13,767 nt of DNA from Silvanigrellaceae bacterium (GCA_049423385.1 JBMSQQ010000090.1:1-13767); one strand, 5' to 3'; shown: positions 1 through 8,507, counted from the stretch's first letter. Notes: generated by a model not told the origin, from the sequence alone. Translations and numbers: made by a program.

Positions 1-219
1 ACCTGTAGCACGCGAACGATATGAACCTCCGGCGGTGCCGGTAAAACCCCCAAAGAAGACCGCGGGAGGCACGGCCGAGGTATTCCCCGACCAGCCTCCT
101 TGCGGCGAAACGTGCAGCCGAATCGATGCAGGAATAGAACGTGTGTAATCCGCCCATGCCAGGAGCGGCGCAAGCTGAGGAAGAAGAACCAAACACCGTC
201 CTGGGAACATGCGCTTCAT
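1..219 (-). CDS. Hypothetical secreted protein, N-terminal 73 aa only (continues past the left edge; not in ORF track)
   Basis: Hand translation from ATG at 219 is open to base 1: MKRMFPGRCLVLLPQLAPLLAWA-DYTRSIPASIRLHVSPQGGWSGNTSAVPPAVFFGGFTGTAGGSYRSRATG. Strong SD (AGGAGG, 230-235) 10 nt upstream. Basic n-region, hydrophobic h-region and an A-W-A cleavage motif. Lies 37 nt downstream of the co-oriented 321-aa gene. Confidence 0.75.
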   Translation of the reverse strand, partial: MKRMFPGRCLVLLPQLAPLLAWADYTRSIPASIRLHVSPQGGWSGNTSAVPPAVFFGGFTGTAGGSYRSRATG

Positions 220-256
220 ACTCGTTGGACCTCCTGAATAATTCTGCTTTCAAAAA

Positions 257-1222
257 TCAACTACCCCAACCGGTATTATTGAATGCCAAATCGATTGCAA
301 AAATAGCCTGCTGCAAATCCCAAAGCCTTTGCGAAGTAGCAGTCTCTTCAAAAACATATCGAATGACGCAATAACGAAGTGGACTACCAGAATTGAATGA
401 ATAACCTGTATTGGATGAAGCGTTTCTGTTCGAAAACACACCATACGTCGTCCCGTTGATAATACCTGTCGGTGTGTTGGTTGAATTCAACGATAGTCCA
501 GTCTCTCCTGTAAGGCCAAGCATCCCAGTACTAAAGGAATCCTTGATCTTCGTGCTGCTCCAGCTACCGTCTCTTTTGTCACATGCAATTCGTCCGGTGA
601 CCTTTACCGAGGCCTTTTCCAAATAACCATTTGTTTCAAGCTGAACAGCAGTTATTTCATCATTGATTTTGTAATAGTAATTTGTTGCAGCTGGATATGG
701 AATTTTTGTATTACGAACGCAAAAATCGACAAAATAGCGAGCTCCAAATTTTGCTGACGCAAGATTGAAAACCAGCCCGGTTCCTCTATCCGGATTGTTA
801 TTTATTCGACTATAATCGTCTCCTTGCACGTTCCGAATGATATTTCCAAACTTACTAAACACGTGGGTGTCGTTGACATATCCAGTCGTGTTGTAAACAA
901 CCGTTTTGAAACTATCTCCAAAAGAAGTATTGGCGAACAAGTTTAAAGTATCCCAACTTGAAACGCTTGTTCTCCAACCGTCAACCCATGCGTGTTTTTG
1001 TGCCGTCAAATATGAGGTGTTTGAGCCGCTGGCATCTGATGGCGTTGGAAAGACAGCAGCGCCATCACCATTTACGGGATCATACAAACCCGCATCACAA
1101 GGATAAATATCCATACCCGAGCTGTTCACCCGGAAATTGAAGTTCACGTATGCGGCGTAGGATGGCGTTGAGTACAATGCAATTGCCGACACTCCCGCGA
1201 GGGCCAGATATTTCATGTTCAT
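257..1222 (-). CDS. Hypothetical secreted protein, 321 aa, beta-rich, 4 Cys
   Basis: Long ORF (track 257..1270). ATG at 1222 is preferred because AGGAG lies 7 nt upstream. Sec signal peptide MNMKYLALAGVSAIALYSTPSYA|A. Mature part is rich in N/S/T/G/Y/F with Cys in YPCDAG, DFCVR, IACDK and RYCVIR. No enzyme motif recognised. Confidence 0.85.
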   Translation of the reverse strand: MNMKYLALAGVSAIALYSTPSYAAYVNFNFRVNSSGMDIYPCDAGLYDPVNGDGAAVFPTPSDASGSNTSYLTAQKHAWVDGWRTSVSSWDTLNLFANTSFGDSFKTVVYNTTGYVNDTHVFSKFGNIIRNVQGDDYSRINNNPDRGTGLVFNLASAKFGARYFVDFCVRNTKIPYPAATNYYYKINDEITAVQLETNGYLEKASVKVTGRIACDKRDGSWSSTKIKDSFSTGMLGLTGETGLSLNSTNTPTGIINGTTYGVFSNRNASSNTGYSFNSGSPLRYCVIRYVFEETATSQRLWDLQQAIFAIDLAFNNTGWGS

Positions 1223-1314
1223 AGGTAAACTCCTGATGAGGTAATTGGGGAGCAAACTCAATTTGGGCAAGGTTGTTCCGAGAACATCAGGGACAGGGTG
1301 CTGAATTAATGAGG

Positions 1315-1336
1315 ATTTGTTTTGGCTTCAACAAAT
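1315..1336. promoter_or_regulatory. Palindrome ATTTGTT-N8-AACAAAT, candidate transcription-factor operator
   Basis: Perfect 7-bp inverted arms in the intergenic region about 93-114 nt upstream of the start at 1222. Contains TGT-N10-ACA. Function is inferred only. Confidence 0.3.
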
Positions 1337-1446
1337 GCGCAAGCAAACACACCTTCAGACAAGGATGCTTTCAGGAGTGAAAACTTTGGAGTGCAAAATT
1401 GCCATCGAGGCAAACAGAAAATCAGACCTTGGAAATTATCCTGCAA

Positions 1447-4400
1447 TCAAATCCCCGGAGCAACAACACGGCTTCGGCCCTGCCCTTGCGGCTGAACAAG
1501 AATCTGCACGCCAATGCGATCAGACATTTCGCCAACATGGGAGATGACACCCACCTTGCGGCCCTGGGACTGCAACGCATCGAGCGCATCGAGTGCTGTT
1601 TTGAGAGATTCGGAATCGAGACTGCCGAAGCCTTCATCGATGAACAACGACTCGATATGAACCTGCTCGGACGACAAGGTGGAAAGCCCCATTGCCAATG
1701 CAAGAGAAACCAGGAACGATTCTCCGCCCGAAAGCGACCACACAGAGCGTTGCTCGCCACCGGCATCAAGGTCTTCAACCAGGATGTTGAGTGACTCCGG
1801 CATCGTCTGCAGACGATACCTCGGCGCAAACGTTTCCAGATGATGATTCGCATGCGCAAGCAAAACCGCAAGAGTGAAGCGTTGTGCTTCTTTGCGGAAG
1901 CGGCTGCCGGTTGAGCAGCCAATGAGATCCGAGAGCCGGCTCCAGCGTTGCCAGGTTCTCTCACACCCAACGAGTTTGTCAGCAAGGTCACGCCGCTCGG
2001 CGTTGTTGCGTTTGTCTGCCTCAAGTTGACCTGCCAAGGCGATCGCGTTTGCTTCTATCGCAGACAAAAGATCCCGCACTTGTTTTTCGAGCACCGACAA
2101 TTTTTTAAGCTCAGAAGCCGACTCGGAAGAAACTGATGATTCGGTCGTCGAAGTCAGCTCGACTTCAATCCCCACCTGAGGTTGTGTTTCTGCAATGTTC
2201 TGCATCCGAACTTGTGATTCTTTCAGCATCCGCTCGATGCCGCCCGCAACTTCTGTGCGCCTTGCAGCCAGACCCGCCAATTCGACCTGCAACTTCTGAA
2301 GCTCACGACGACTGTCGTCGAGCTTCTGCTGCGCTTCTTGGATCCGCTTGGCAAATTCACCGGCCACTTCGGCGACAGACCGACCGGAGAAGATCTGGCC
2401 GCGTTGCTCACGCACGTCTTGCACAGCTTTTCGGTTTGTCTGCACGAGTTGATCCGCCGCATGTGCTGCCTGTTCGGTCGACTGCACAAGTTGTTGCGTC
2501 ACCGCCGACTCAGGACGCATGTCCTGAAGTCGTCGCTCAACATTGTCGCCTTCACTCTGCTTCGCAAGCCATTGGCCAACCTCCCGTTCCATGGCAGTGG
2601 CAACCTGACGAGGATTGGCATTCCAAGCCCCCCTCCATTGTGCATGCCCCGCAGCGCGGTCGAGTTTCTCGAGTTCTGTTTCGAGTTCGAGCGTTGAAGC
2701 CTCGAGCTGAACTTTCAACTGCTTTTGTGCTTCTTCTTGCGATGAAATGGTGGTCTCATGGATTTGCAGTGTTGCGCTCATCTTTTGCATTTTGTCTGCA
2801 CTCGTGTGTCTTTCCCTGGACACGTTCTGCAGCTCTGCATTTAAACTGGAAATCTTCTTCAGACGGGAGCTTGCATCCTTCAAACGTTCGCTGGCCTGGG
2901 CAAGCGCAGACTCCAGGGTTGAGAGTTCAGTGCTCTCCAACGTTTCCACGGATCCGATGAACACATCTTTGTATTCTGACCTCAGCTTCGTCCACTCGGC
3001 GATCCGCGACTGCATCTGCTCGTCCACTTGAGCCAGTCGCCGTTCTTGTCGACCAACAATCTCTGCGGCAGCCGATTGGGCCGCGGTACAGTCGGCAACG
3101 GTCTGCGCCTCTGTTGCCAAACGCCTTTCGACCTCGGCCAACTTTGCCTGTGAATCATTCAGCAATTCGCGCAACGGATTTTCAACATCCTTGGCTGCAA
3201 ACGGATGCTCATGTGATCCGCATACGGGGCATTCCTCTCCAGGCACAAGCGCAGCCCGCAGTGCCATGATGCTCTGCGACACCTTGAGTTCAATATTTTC
3301 CTTCATGGTCAGCAAAACCGCGCGCTCTTGTTCAACGCTGCTGCGGTTGCGGCGAGCTGTTTCAAGCCCCACCGCGGCATCGGCAATTCTATTCCTCTGT
3401 GAGGCAATGTCAGCGACAATCTCGGCTTTCTCGCCAAAGTCTTTGTCATGCGCCTTTTTGAGTTCGATGAAATTTCCCATCGTCTGCGCTTCGCGTTCTG
3501 CAGTTGCCTTTTTTTGTTCGCATTCCTCTGTATTCAGCGAACGAAGTTCTTCCTCCAGCTTTGCCATGCGGGTGCCCAGCTCGCCTGCTTCTTTTTCCAA
3601 CTTCTCAACGTCTTGTCGCGCCTGTCCAGCCTCAGTTTTACTTTTGTTCAACTTGCTTTCGATTTCGGCAAGCTTTTGATTGAGCTCTGCCCGCTTTTTC
3701 CAAAGAGACTCCGAGCGAACAAAAACATCACTCAGCATCGACCAATTTTCGGCCCACGGACGCAGGTGCGGGCGAGCCGCCTTCCATTCTGCAACTTCGG
3801 CACATTGCTTTTCGCATTGCTTCACATCCAATTCGATGGAGGCAAATTTTCTGCGGACTGCCGTCAGTTCATTTTGCCTTGCTTGAAGCTCTGCCTCTGC
3901 ACGTTTTTGATCTTCACCCAACGAATTCAAACGCACATCGAGTTCACGTACAGCGTCGAGCTGTGGTTCTTGCGCTGCAGCATTATCGCGAGCCGTCTGC
4001 AATTCACGTTCCTGCGCAACACACGTCTCGGCGAGTTCAGTTTGTTTTTGCTTCCCGGTTTGCTCGTTCTCGGCAATCTTGTCCAGCTGCAATTGCAGCG
4101 CTGAGCAATCTTCTCGACCTTTGTTTTCTTCGCCAATCGTTTGCAGCAGACTGCGCAACTGCGTCGAACGTTCACGTGCCTCAGCAAGTTCGCGCCCCAT
4201 GGCCTCACGTTGCTCGTCGCTCAACACAGAACGCTGATCCAACTGGCTGCGCAGGATTTCGAGTTCTTTGCCGGCCTTTTCGCTCTTCCGATAAACCTGC
4301 GCCCCGATGCGCGAAAACACATCCACACCAGTCAGCTTTTCCAAAATGGCGGCTTTGTCGTTGTCGCCGGCTTTCAGGAAACTGGTGAATTCGTTTTGTG

Positions 4401-4911
4401 CCAAAAGCACCGAACGGGTGAATTCCGCAAAGGTCAGGCCGATTTTCTTTTCATTCAGAACGGCGACTTCTTTCAATCCATCCGAAAGCAACTTGCCATC
4501 GGGAATGGAATGAAGACTGACACTGATTTTTTGCAGTTTTCCACGAGAATCATCGCGTGCACGGCGCACAGACCAGCGTGCTCTGTATGACTTGCGATCG
4601 GCACCGCAAAAATCAACCTCCGCAAAACCCGAACCGGCTCCCTTGCGGAGCAAATTGCGCGAATCGCTGACCGAGACTTTTTCCTCTTGCCCGTCGGGCA
4701 CCGAAATATCCCGCTGGGGTGCCGCCAATAGGCGCGGCGTGTTATGATAAAGGGCCAGACAAACCATATCGAGCAATGTGCTCTTGCCTGCTCCGGTCGG
4801 TCCGCTGATGGCAAACAAACCCGCACTGGCCAGAGGCTCGCGGGTGAAATCGATTTCGAACCGGCTCTGCAATGAGCAGATATTTTCGCCGCGCAGTGCC
4901 AGAATTCTCAT
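1447..4911 (-). CDS. sbcC: Exonuclease SbcCD subunit C (Rad50/SMC-like ATPase), 1154 aa
   Basis: Walker A GPTGAGKS, Q-loop LLAQNEF, long coiled coils, central zinc hook CPVCGS (about aa 561), signature LSGGE, Walker B/D-loop LFIDEGFGSLD, H-loop VGVISHV. ATGA overlap with the sbcD stop. Confidence 0.97.
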   Translation of the reverse strand: MRILALRGENICSLQSRFEIDFTREPLASAGLFAISGPTGAGKSTLLDMVCLALYHNTPRLLAAPQRDISVPDGQEEKVSVSDSRNLLRKGAGSGFAEVDFCGADRKSYRARWSVRRARDDSRGKLQKISVSLHSIPDGKLLSDGLKEVAVLNEKKIGLTFAEFTRSVLLAQNEFTSFLKAGDNDKAAILEKLTGVDVFSRIGAQVYRKSEKAGKELEILRSQLDQRSVLSDEQREAMGRELAEARERSTQLRSLLQTIGEENKGREDCSALQLQLDKIAENEQTGKQKQTELAETCVAQERELQTARDNAAAQEPQLDAVRELDVRLNSLGEDQKRAEAELQARQNELTAVRRKFASIELDVKQCEKQCAEVAEWKAARPHLRPWAENWSMLSDVFVRSESLWKKRAELNQKLAEIESKLNKSKTEAGQARQDVEKLEKEAGELGTRMAKLEEELRSLNTEECEQKKATAEREAQTMGNFIELKKAHDKDFGEKAEIVADIASQRNRIADAAVGLETARRNRSSVEQERAVLLTMKENIELKVSQSIMALRAALVPGEECPVCGSHEHPFAAKDVENPLRELLNDSQAKLAEVERRLATEAQTVADCTAAQSAAAEIVGRQERRLAQVDEQMQSRIAEWTKLRSEYKDVFIGSVETLESTELSTLESALAQASERLKDASSRLKKISSLNAELQNVSRERHTSADKMQKMSATLQIHETTISSQEEAQKQLKVQLEASTLELETELEKLDRAAGHAQWRGAWNANPRQVATAMEREVGQWLAKQSEGDNVERRLQDMRPESAVTQQLVQSTEQAAHAADQLVQTNRKAVQDVREQRGQIFSGRSVAEVAGEFAKRIQEAQQKLDDSRRELQKLQVELAGLAARRTEVAGGIERMLKESQVRMQNIAETQPQVGIEVELTSTTESSVSSESASELKKLSVLEKQVRDLLSAIEANAIALAGQLEADKRNNAERRDLADKLVGCERTWQRWSRLSDLIGCSTGSRFRKEAQRFTLAVLLAHANHHLETFAPRYRLQTMPESLNILVEDLDAGGEQRSVWSLSGGESFLVSLALAMGLSTLSSEQVHIESLFIDEGFGSLDSESLKTALDALDALQSQGRKVGVISHVGEMSDRIGVQILVQPQGQGRSRVVAPGI

Positions 4912-6179
4912 GCTTCAACCTCGCCCGAAACATCGCGCATGATTTCTTCAAACAGTCGCCCGAGTTCGTCATCTGGCGATTGCCCATATTTGCGAGCGTG
5001 AAGATCGCGAAAAACGGCAAGAGGATCGAGCTTGCGCAAGGAATCGAGCCCGGCAAGAGTTGGGCGATCTGCATCTTCTTGCCTTTCGCCACGCGACTCA
5101 ACCGATGCACCTGGTCGTGCTGGTGAAATCTTTGCAAGCCTTACGGGCTTGCCTTTGAGCACAGTTTCAATGCGGTGACGCAAATCCGGAACAGGACCGG
5201 TCAGCAAAACAGGCACTTCAAGATAAGGCTGTTCAGGAACTGGCAATGTGGGCAATTCGAGTTGTGCCAAGGCTGCAAGAACATCTTCAACCGGCATGGG
5301 CTTCGCGGGAACGCGCAAGAGGTCCACCGGCCGCTTGATACGCAGAACTTCCAGGGCCACCGAGTTGTCGTCTTTCAATTCACCCAGAATAACCTGGTGC
5401 GGATAATTCAGTTCGGAAAACGACATCGGCAAAGGGCTGCCCGAATATCGAACGTTTTCGCATTCACCCACTTTTTGCGCCAAATGCAGATGGCCCAAAG
5501 CAATGTAGCTGAACTCTTGCGCGAGCTCTTGCAACGGAACCGCCTCTTCACCACCAATCACCAACCTGCGTTCCGAGTCGAGCGAACTCGTTCCGCCACG
5601 AGCGTGCAGGTGACCCATGCCGATGAGTGGAATTTCAGTTCCGTAGCGTTGCCTCGCCTCGGTGATGGCCTGGCGATAGGCGCGCAAAACAGCATCTGTG
5701 TATGCGCAGCTCTTCTCTGACCACTGCAAATCAGCGTTCTTGAAAAACGGCAAACCCAGACACAGTGCACGCGGCTTCTCTGCAACGCTTGCCGAATAAA
5801 GTGGCATAATAAAATTTTCACCCGCGGCCAGCCCCGAAGACGCACTTGTCACTCGGCCCACAACCGTCGTGCCATATCCTTTGAGCAACTCGGCAGGAGC
5901 TTCGAGGCGCGCTCCAGAATCGTGGTTGCCCGCAATCACAATCGTCTGCAGATGTGGGCAACGCCGCCGGGTTTCGACAATGAATTCAAAAAACATGCGT
6001 TGTGCAAAGGCTGGTGGATTGGCCACATCAAAAACATCGCCGGCAATCAACAAAACGTCGGTCCGGGTGTCGACCAACGTGTCGGTCAACCACGCCAGAA
6101 ACTGCCGATGTTCGTGGGCACGGTCGAACTTGTGGAAGTCTTGCCCCAAATGCCAATCCGATGTGTGCAGAAACCTCAT
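4908..6179 (-). CDS. sbcD: Exonuclease SbcCD subunit D (Mre11-like metallophosphoesterase nuclease), 423 aa
   Basis: Phosphoesterase motifs HTSDWHLG, AGDVFD, AGNHDS, GHLH and YIALGHLH, plus YSGSPLPMSFSE. Directly upstream of and overlapping sbcC. Confidence 0.97.
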   Translation of the reverse strand: MRFLHTSDWHLGQDFHKFDRAHEHRQFLAWLTDTLVDTRTDVLLIAGDVFDVANPPAFAQRMFFEFIVETRRRCPHLQTIVIAGNHDSGARLEAPAELLKGYGTTVVGRVTSASSGLAAGENFIMPLYSASVAEKPRALCLGLPFFKNADLQWSEKSCAYTDAVLRAYRQAITEARQRYGTEIPLIGMGHLHARGGTSSLDSERRLVIGGEEAVPLQELAQEFSYIALGHLHLAQKVGECENVRYSGSPLPMSFSELNYPHQVILGELKDDNSVALEVLRIKRPVDLLRVPAKPMPVEDVLAALAQLELPTLPVPEQPYLEVPVLLTGPVPDLRHRIETVLKGKPVRLAKISPARPGASVESRGERQEDADRPTLAGLDSLRKLDPLAVFRDLHARKYGQSPDDELGRLFEEIMRDVSGEVEA

Positions 6180-6325
6180 GGCCGGACTCCCCCGGGTGTC
6201 AAAATCAATGGGCCGAATTGAAGCCGAGAAACTACATGATCCTCGCCTTTTGGTAAAATCAAACGATTATCGGTACGACACCACATGACGGGTCCGAAAT
6301 GAACCTAGAACATCAGGGGATTCCC

Positions 6326-7207
6326 ATGACAACTTCTGTTTCGAGCATGAAAGGACGCATTTGTCTGGTGACCGGCGCAAATTCAGGCATTGGCCGTGAA
6401 ACAGCCCTGGGGTTGGCCAAGGCCGGCGCCACCGTGCTGGCCGTGTGCCGCGACCGCTCGAAAGGCGAAGTTGCCGTTGCTGAAATCAAAAAGGCATCGG
6501 GCTCGAAAAATGTTTCACTTTTTACAGCAGACCTCACGAACCTTGGCGAAATGCAGACACTGCATGCCGACGTCAAAGACAAATTTGGCCATGTTGATGT
6601 GCTGGTGAACAACGCTGGAGCTCTGTTCAGCGAGCGCAAAACGACAGACGACGGACTTGAAATGACTTTTGCCACCAATCACCTCAATTATTTTGTGATG
6701 AGTCATCTTTTTCTGGATTTGCTGAAAAAGAGCGCTGCTGAAGCAAAATCTCCGGCCCGCATTATCAACGTCGCATCTGAAGCGCATCGATCAATTCGGG
6801 CAGAAACAATCGATTGGCAATGCGAAACGGGTGAATACAAGCCATTTGAGGTTTATGGGCTCAGCAAGTTGGCAAATATCCTTTTCACCCGCGAACTTTC
6901 TGCGCGCCTGAACCCTGCCGAAATCACCGTGAACTGCCTTCATCCCGGAGTCGTCAGGACAAGTTTCGGCACACAGGGGAACTGGGGATGGATGGGCACG
7001 CTTTTCAATCTCGCACGCCCGTTGTTTCTCACACCCGAAAAAGGTGCAAGGACATCTTTGTACCTTGCCTCCGAAGCACAAATCTCCCAGCTCACAGGCT
7101 GCTATTTCAAAGACTGCTCGCAAAGCAAACCATCTGCACTGGCATTCAATGATCGAATGGCAAAAAACCTTTGGGAAGTGAGCAAACGCATCACCGGCAT
7201 GGGTTGA
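6326..7207 (+). CDS. Short-chain dehydrogenase/reductase (classical SDR, retinol-dehydrogenase/WWOX-like subgroup)
   Basis: TGANSGIG Rossmann motif, NNAG, NVAS, catalytic YGLSK (YxxxK), HPGVVRT. Start 6326 chosen for the upstream AGGGGA; 6299 and 6347 are alternatives. Confidence 0.93.
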   Translation: MTTSVSSMKGRICLVTGANSGIGRETALGLAKAGATVLAVCRDRSKGEVAVAEIKKASGSKNVSLFTADLTNLGEMQTLHADVKDKFGHVDVLVNNAGALFSERKTTDDGLEMTFATNHLNYFVMSHLFLDLLKKSAAEAKSPARIINVASEAHRSIRAETIDWQCETGEYKPFEVYGLSKLANILFTRELSARLNPAEITVNCLHPGVVRTSFGTQGNWGWMGTLFNLARPLFLTPEKGARTSLYLASEAQISQLTGCYFKDCSQSKPSALAFNDRMAKNLWEVSKRITGMG

Positions 7208-7237
7208 GCAGCGATTTGCAGAAAAACCGAATCACGG

Positions 7238-8050
7238 ATGGAACAACTGAGCATGCTTTTCGCAAAATCCGCACAAGCTCAACGCCGACTTCACCTCCAC
7301 ACTGCGTTCATCGCCGCTGTCGTGTGTTCTTTATCAGGATGCGTGAAAAGGTTTTTTCATGAGACTGCCGCCCCGCAAACACTGCAAGCATTCGGCGGCG
7401 AAAGAATTGCAATTTCGAACCTTGGTTTGGGCTGGTGCTGGTATATTGAAGACAAAAATTACAAACCAACCGTCGTGAAAACAGGAATCGTTGATCGTGA
7501 GATAAGCGTTGACCTCAAAACAGGAATCGAGCGCACAGACAAATACGAAGTTGTTTTCAGCCGGAGAAAATTCTTGCGCGCCCACGAAGTGCCATTTGAA
7601 TTTTCAATCACCTCGGAATGGACAAAACTCAATCACGAGGCCTATTTTTCATCCGATGAAACCTTCAGCGTTTTTCAGAAACTTGAAATTGAACTTTCCA
7701 TGGCGCTTGCAAGCATTTATTCGCGCCGAATGGAACAAGGAATCTGCGAAGCGCTCAAGAAAGACGACGCACCAAACCTGACAAGTGTGAGAACTATCAA
7801 GGCGACTGACGACATCACAGAATACAAGCTGCGTTGCGAAAACGAGTCGGGGGAGCTCATCCGCCGAACCGAATATGAACAATTGAGCGCAAAGGAAAAT
7901 CAAATCCTGCGCTCAATTCTTGAGGATTTCACAAAACGCAGCGAACTGAAAAAATTCCACCACGCCGGCACACCCTGTCGCGAAAGCATTCTGCAACTGG
8001 AATCGAGCCGTGGAAGGTTTTTGGGTTCTGAGCAGAAAAAGGTTTTCTGA
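7238..8050 (+). CDS. Hypothetical lipoprotein, about 270 aa
   Basis: ORF 30 nt downstream of the SDR and co-oriented. Hydrophobic stretch AFIAAVVCS followed by the lipobox LSG|C at aa 35. Start could be ATG 7253. No recognisable domain. Confidence 0.75.
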   Translation: MEQLSMLFAKSAQAQRRLHLHTAFIAAVVCSLSGCVKRFFHETAAPQTLQAFGGERIAISNLGLGWCWYIEDKNYKPTVVKTGIVDREISVDLKTGIERTDKYEVVFSRRKFLRAHEVPFEFSITSEWTKLNHEAYFSSDETFSVFQKLEIELSMALASIYSRRMEQGICEALKKDDAPNLTSVRTIKATDDITEYKLRCENESGELIRRTEYEQLSAKENQILRSILEDFTKRSELKKFHHAGTPCRESILQLESSRGRFLGSEQKKVF

Positions 8051-8056
8051 GTCAGA

Positions 8057-8087
8057 ATGCGAGCCCGCTACAACCCTGGGCTCGCAT
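8057..8087. terminator. Stem-loop between convergent transcription units, putative terminator or mRNA-end structure
   Basis: ATGCGAGCCC (8057-8066) and GGGCTCGCAT (8078-8087) form a perfect 10-bp stem with an 11-nt loop, 6 nt after the lipoprotein stop. No strong poly-U tail on either strand. Confidence 0.5.
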
Positions 8088-8170
8088 GTGCGTCGCGTAT
8101 GGTCGGCTCAGTTACGGTAATGGATCGGAAAACCCAACAAAATGAACTCTCTCGATCGTAAATAATAAAA

Positions 8171-8500
8171 TCAAGGTTGTGACTTTTCAGACTTCAAGCC
8201 ACTGTCCCACAGAACACGTTCTCGGTAGAAATTTTCAAGATAAGCTTTCGCAAAACTTCGCAATTGAACAATGTCAACTTTGTAAGGAAAATTGCTTTCG
8301 ACCAGTTGTTCTGCAAGCTCATCCAGTTGGGATTGCAGATCTGCAGGCGCATCAACCATGAGATCAAGATCAGAAAAACGCAGGTTGTTTCCGCGGGCTC
8401 GCGAACCAAAGCACCACACCGTGGCACCATGAGCGGCCAATGGTTTCACGATTGTCTCAGTAATAAACTCCTATTCAGTTTCCGACAATCCAAAACGCAT
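8171..8500 (-). pseudogene. MNT (minimal nucleotidyltransferase) antitoxin, MntA/HI0073-like, with an in-frame TAG at codon 10; possibly still expressed from GTG 8449
   Basis: ATG at 8500 (7 nt after the toxin stop) reads MRFGLSETE*EFITETIVKPLAAHGATVWCFGSRARGNNLRFSDLDL...ESNFPYKVDIV. GS-X10-DXD motif is intact and the TAG is at 8471-8473. Family identity is confident; pseudogene status is less certain. Confidence 0.75.
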
Positions 8501-8507
8501 CGAAGAC

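Noticed and set aside
1267..1280. Sigma54-like element CGGAACAACCTTGC on the minus strand upstream of the 321-aa gene
   Set aside because: GG-to-GC spacing is 9 nt, whereas sigma54 promoters require 10. A second look-alike near 1392-1404 (TGGCAATTTTGCA) has only 7.
1281..1292. 12-bp direct repeat AGAACATCAGGG, also at 6307-6318, flanking sbcDC
   Set aside because: A few 12-mer matches are expected by chance in 13.8 kb. There is no integrase or transposase, and sbcDC has host-like composition.
2136..4590. Several long plus-strand ORFs (e.g. 2136..2960, 3448..4104) opposite sbcC
   Set aside because: Antisense shadows of a well-supported coiled-coil gene, with no protein-like motifs.
1447..6179. 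SbcCD as a novel SMC-based defence system (Wadjet/Lamassu-like)
   Set aside because: Canonical sbcD-sbcC order with an Mre11 nuclease and zinc hook, no kleisin/JetABD or effector partners, and host-like GC.
8471..8473. Genome-wide TAG recoding (alternative genetic code) as the explanation for the antitoxin stop
   Set aside because: The neighbouring HEPN gene ends at a TAG at the expected family length, and the other long genes contain no internal TAG.
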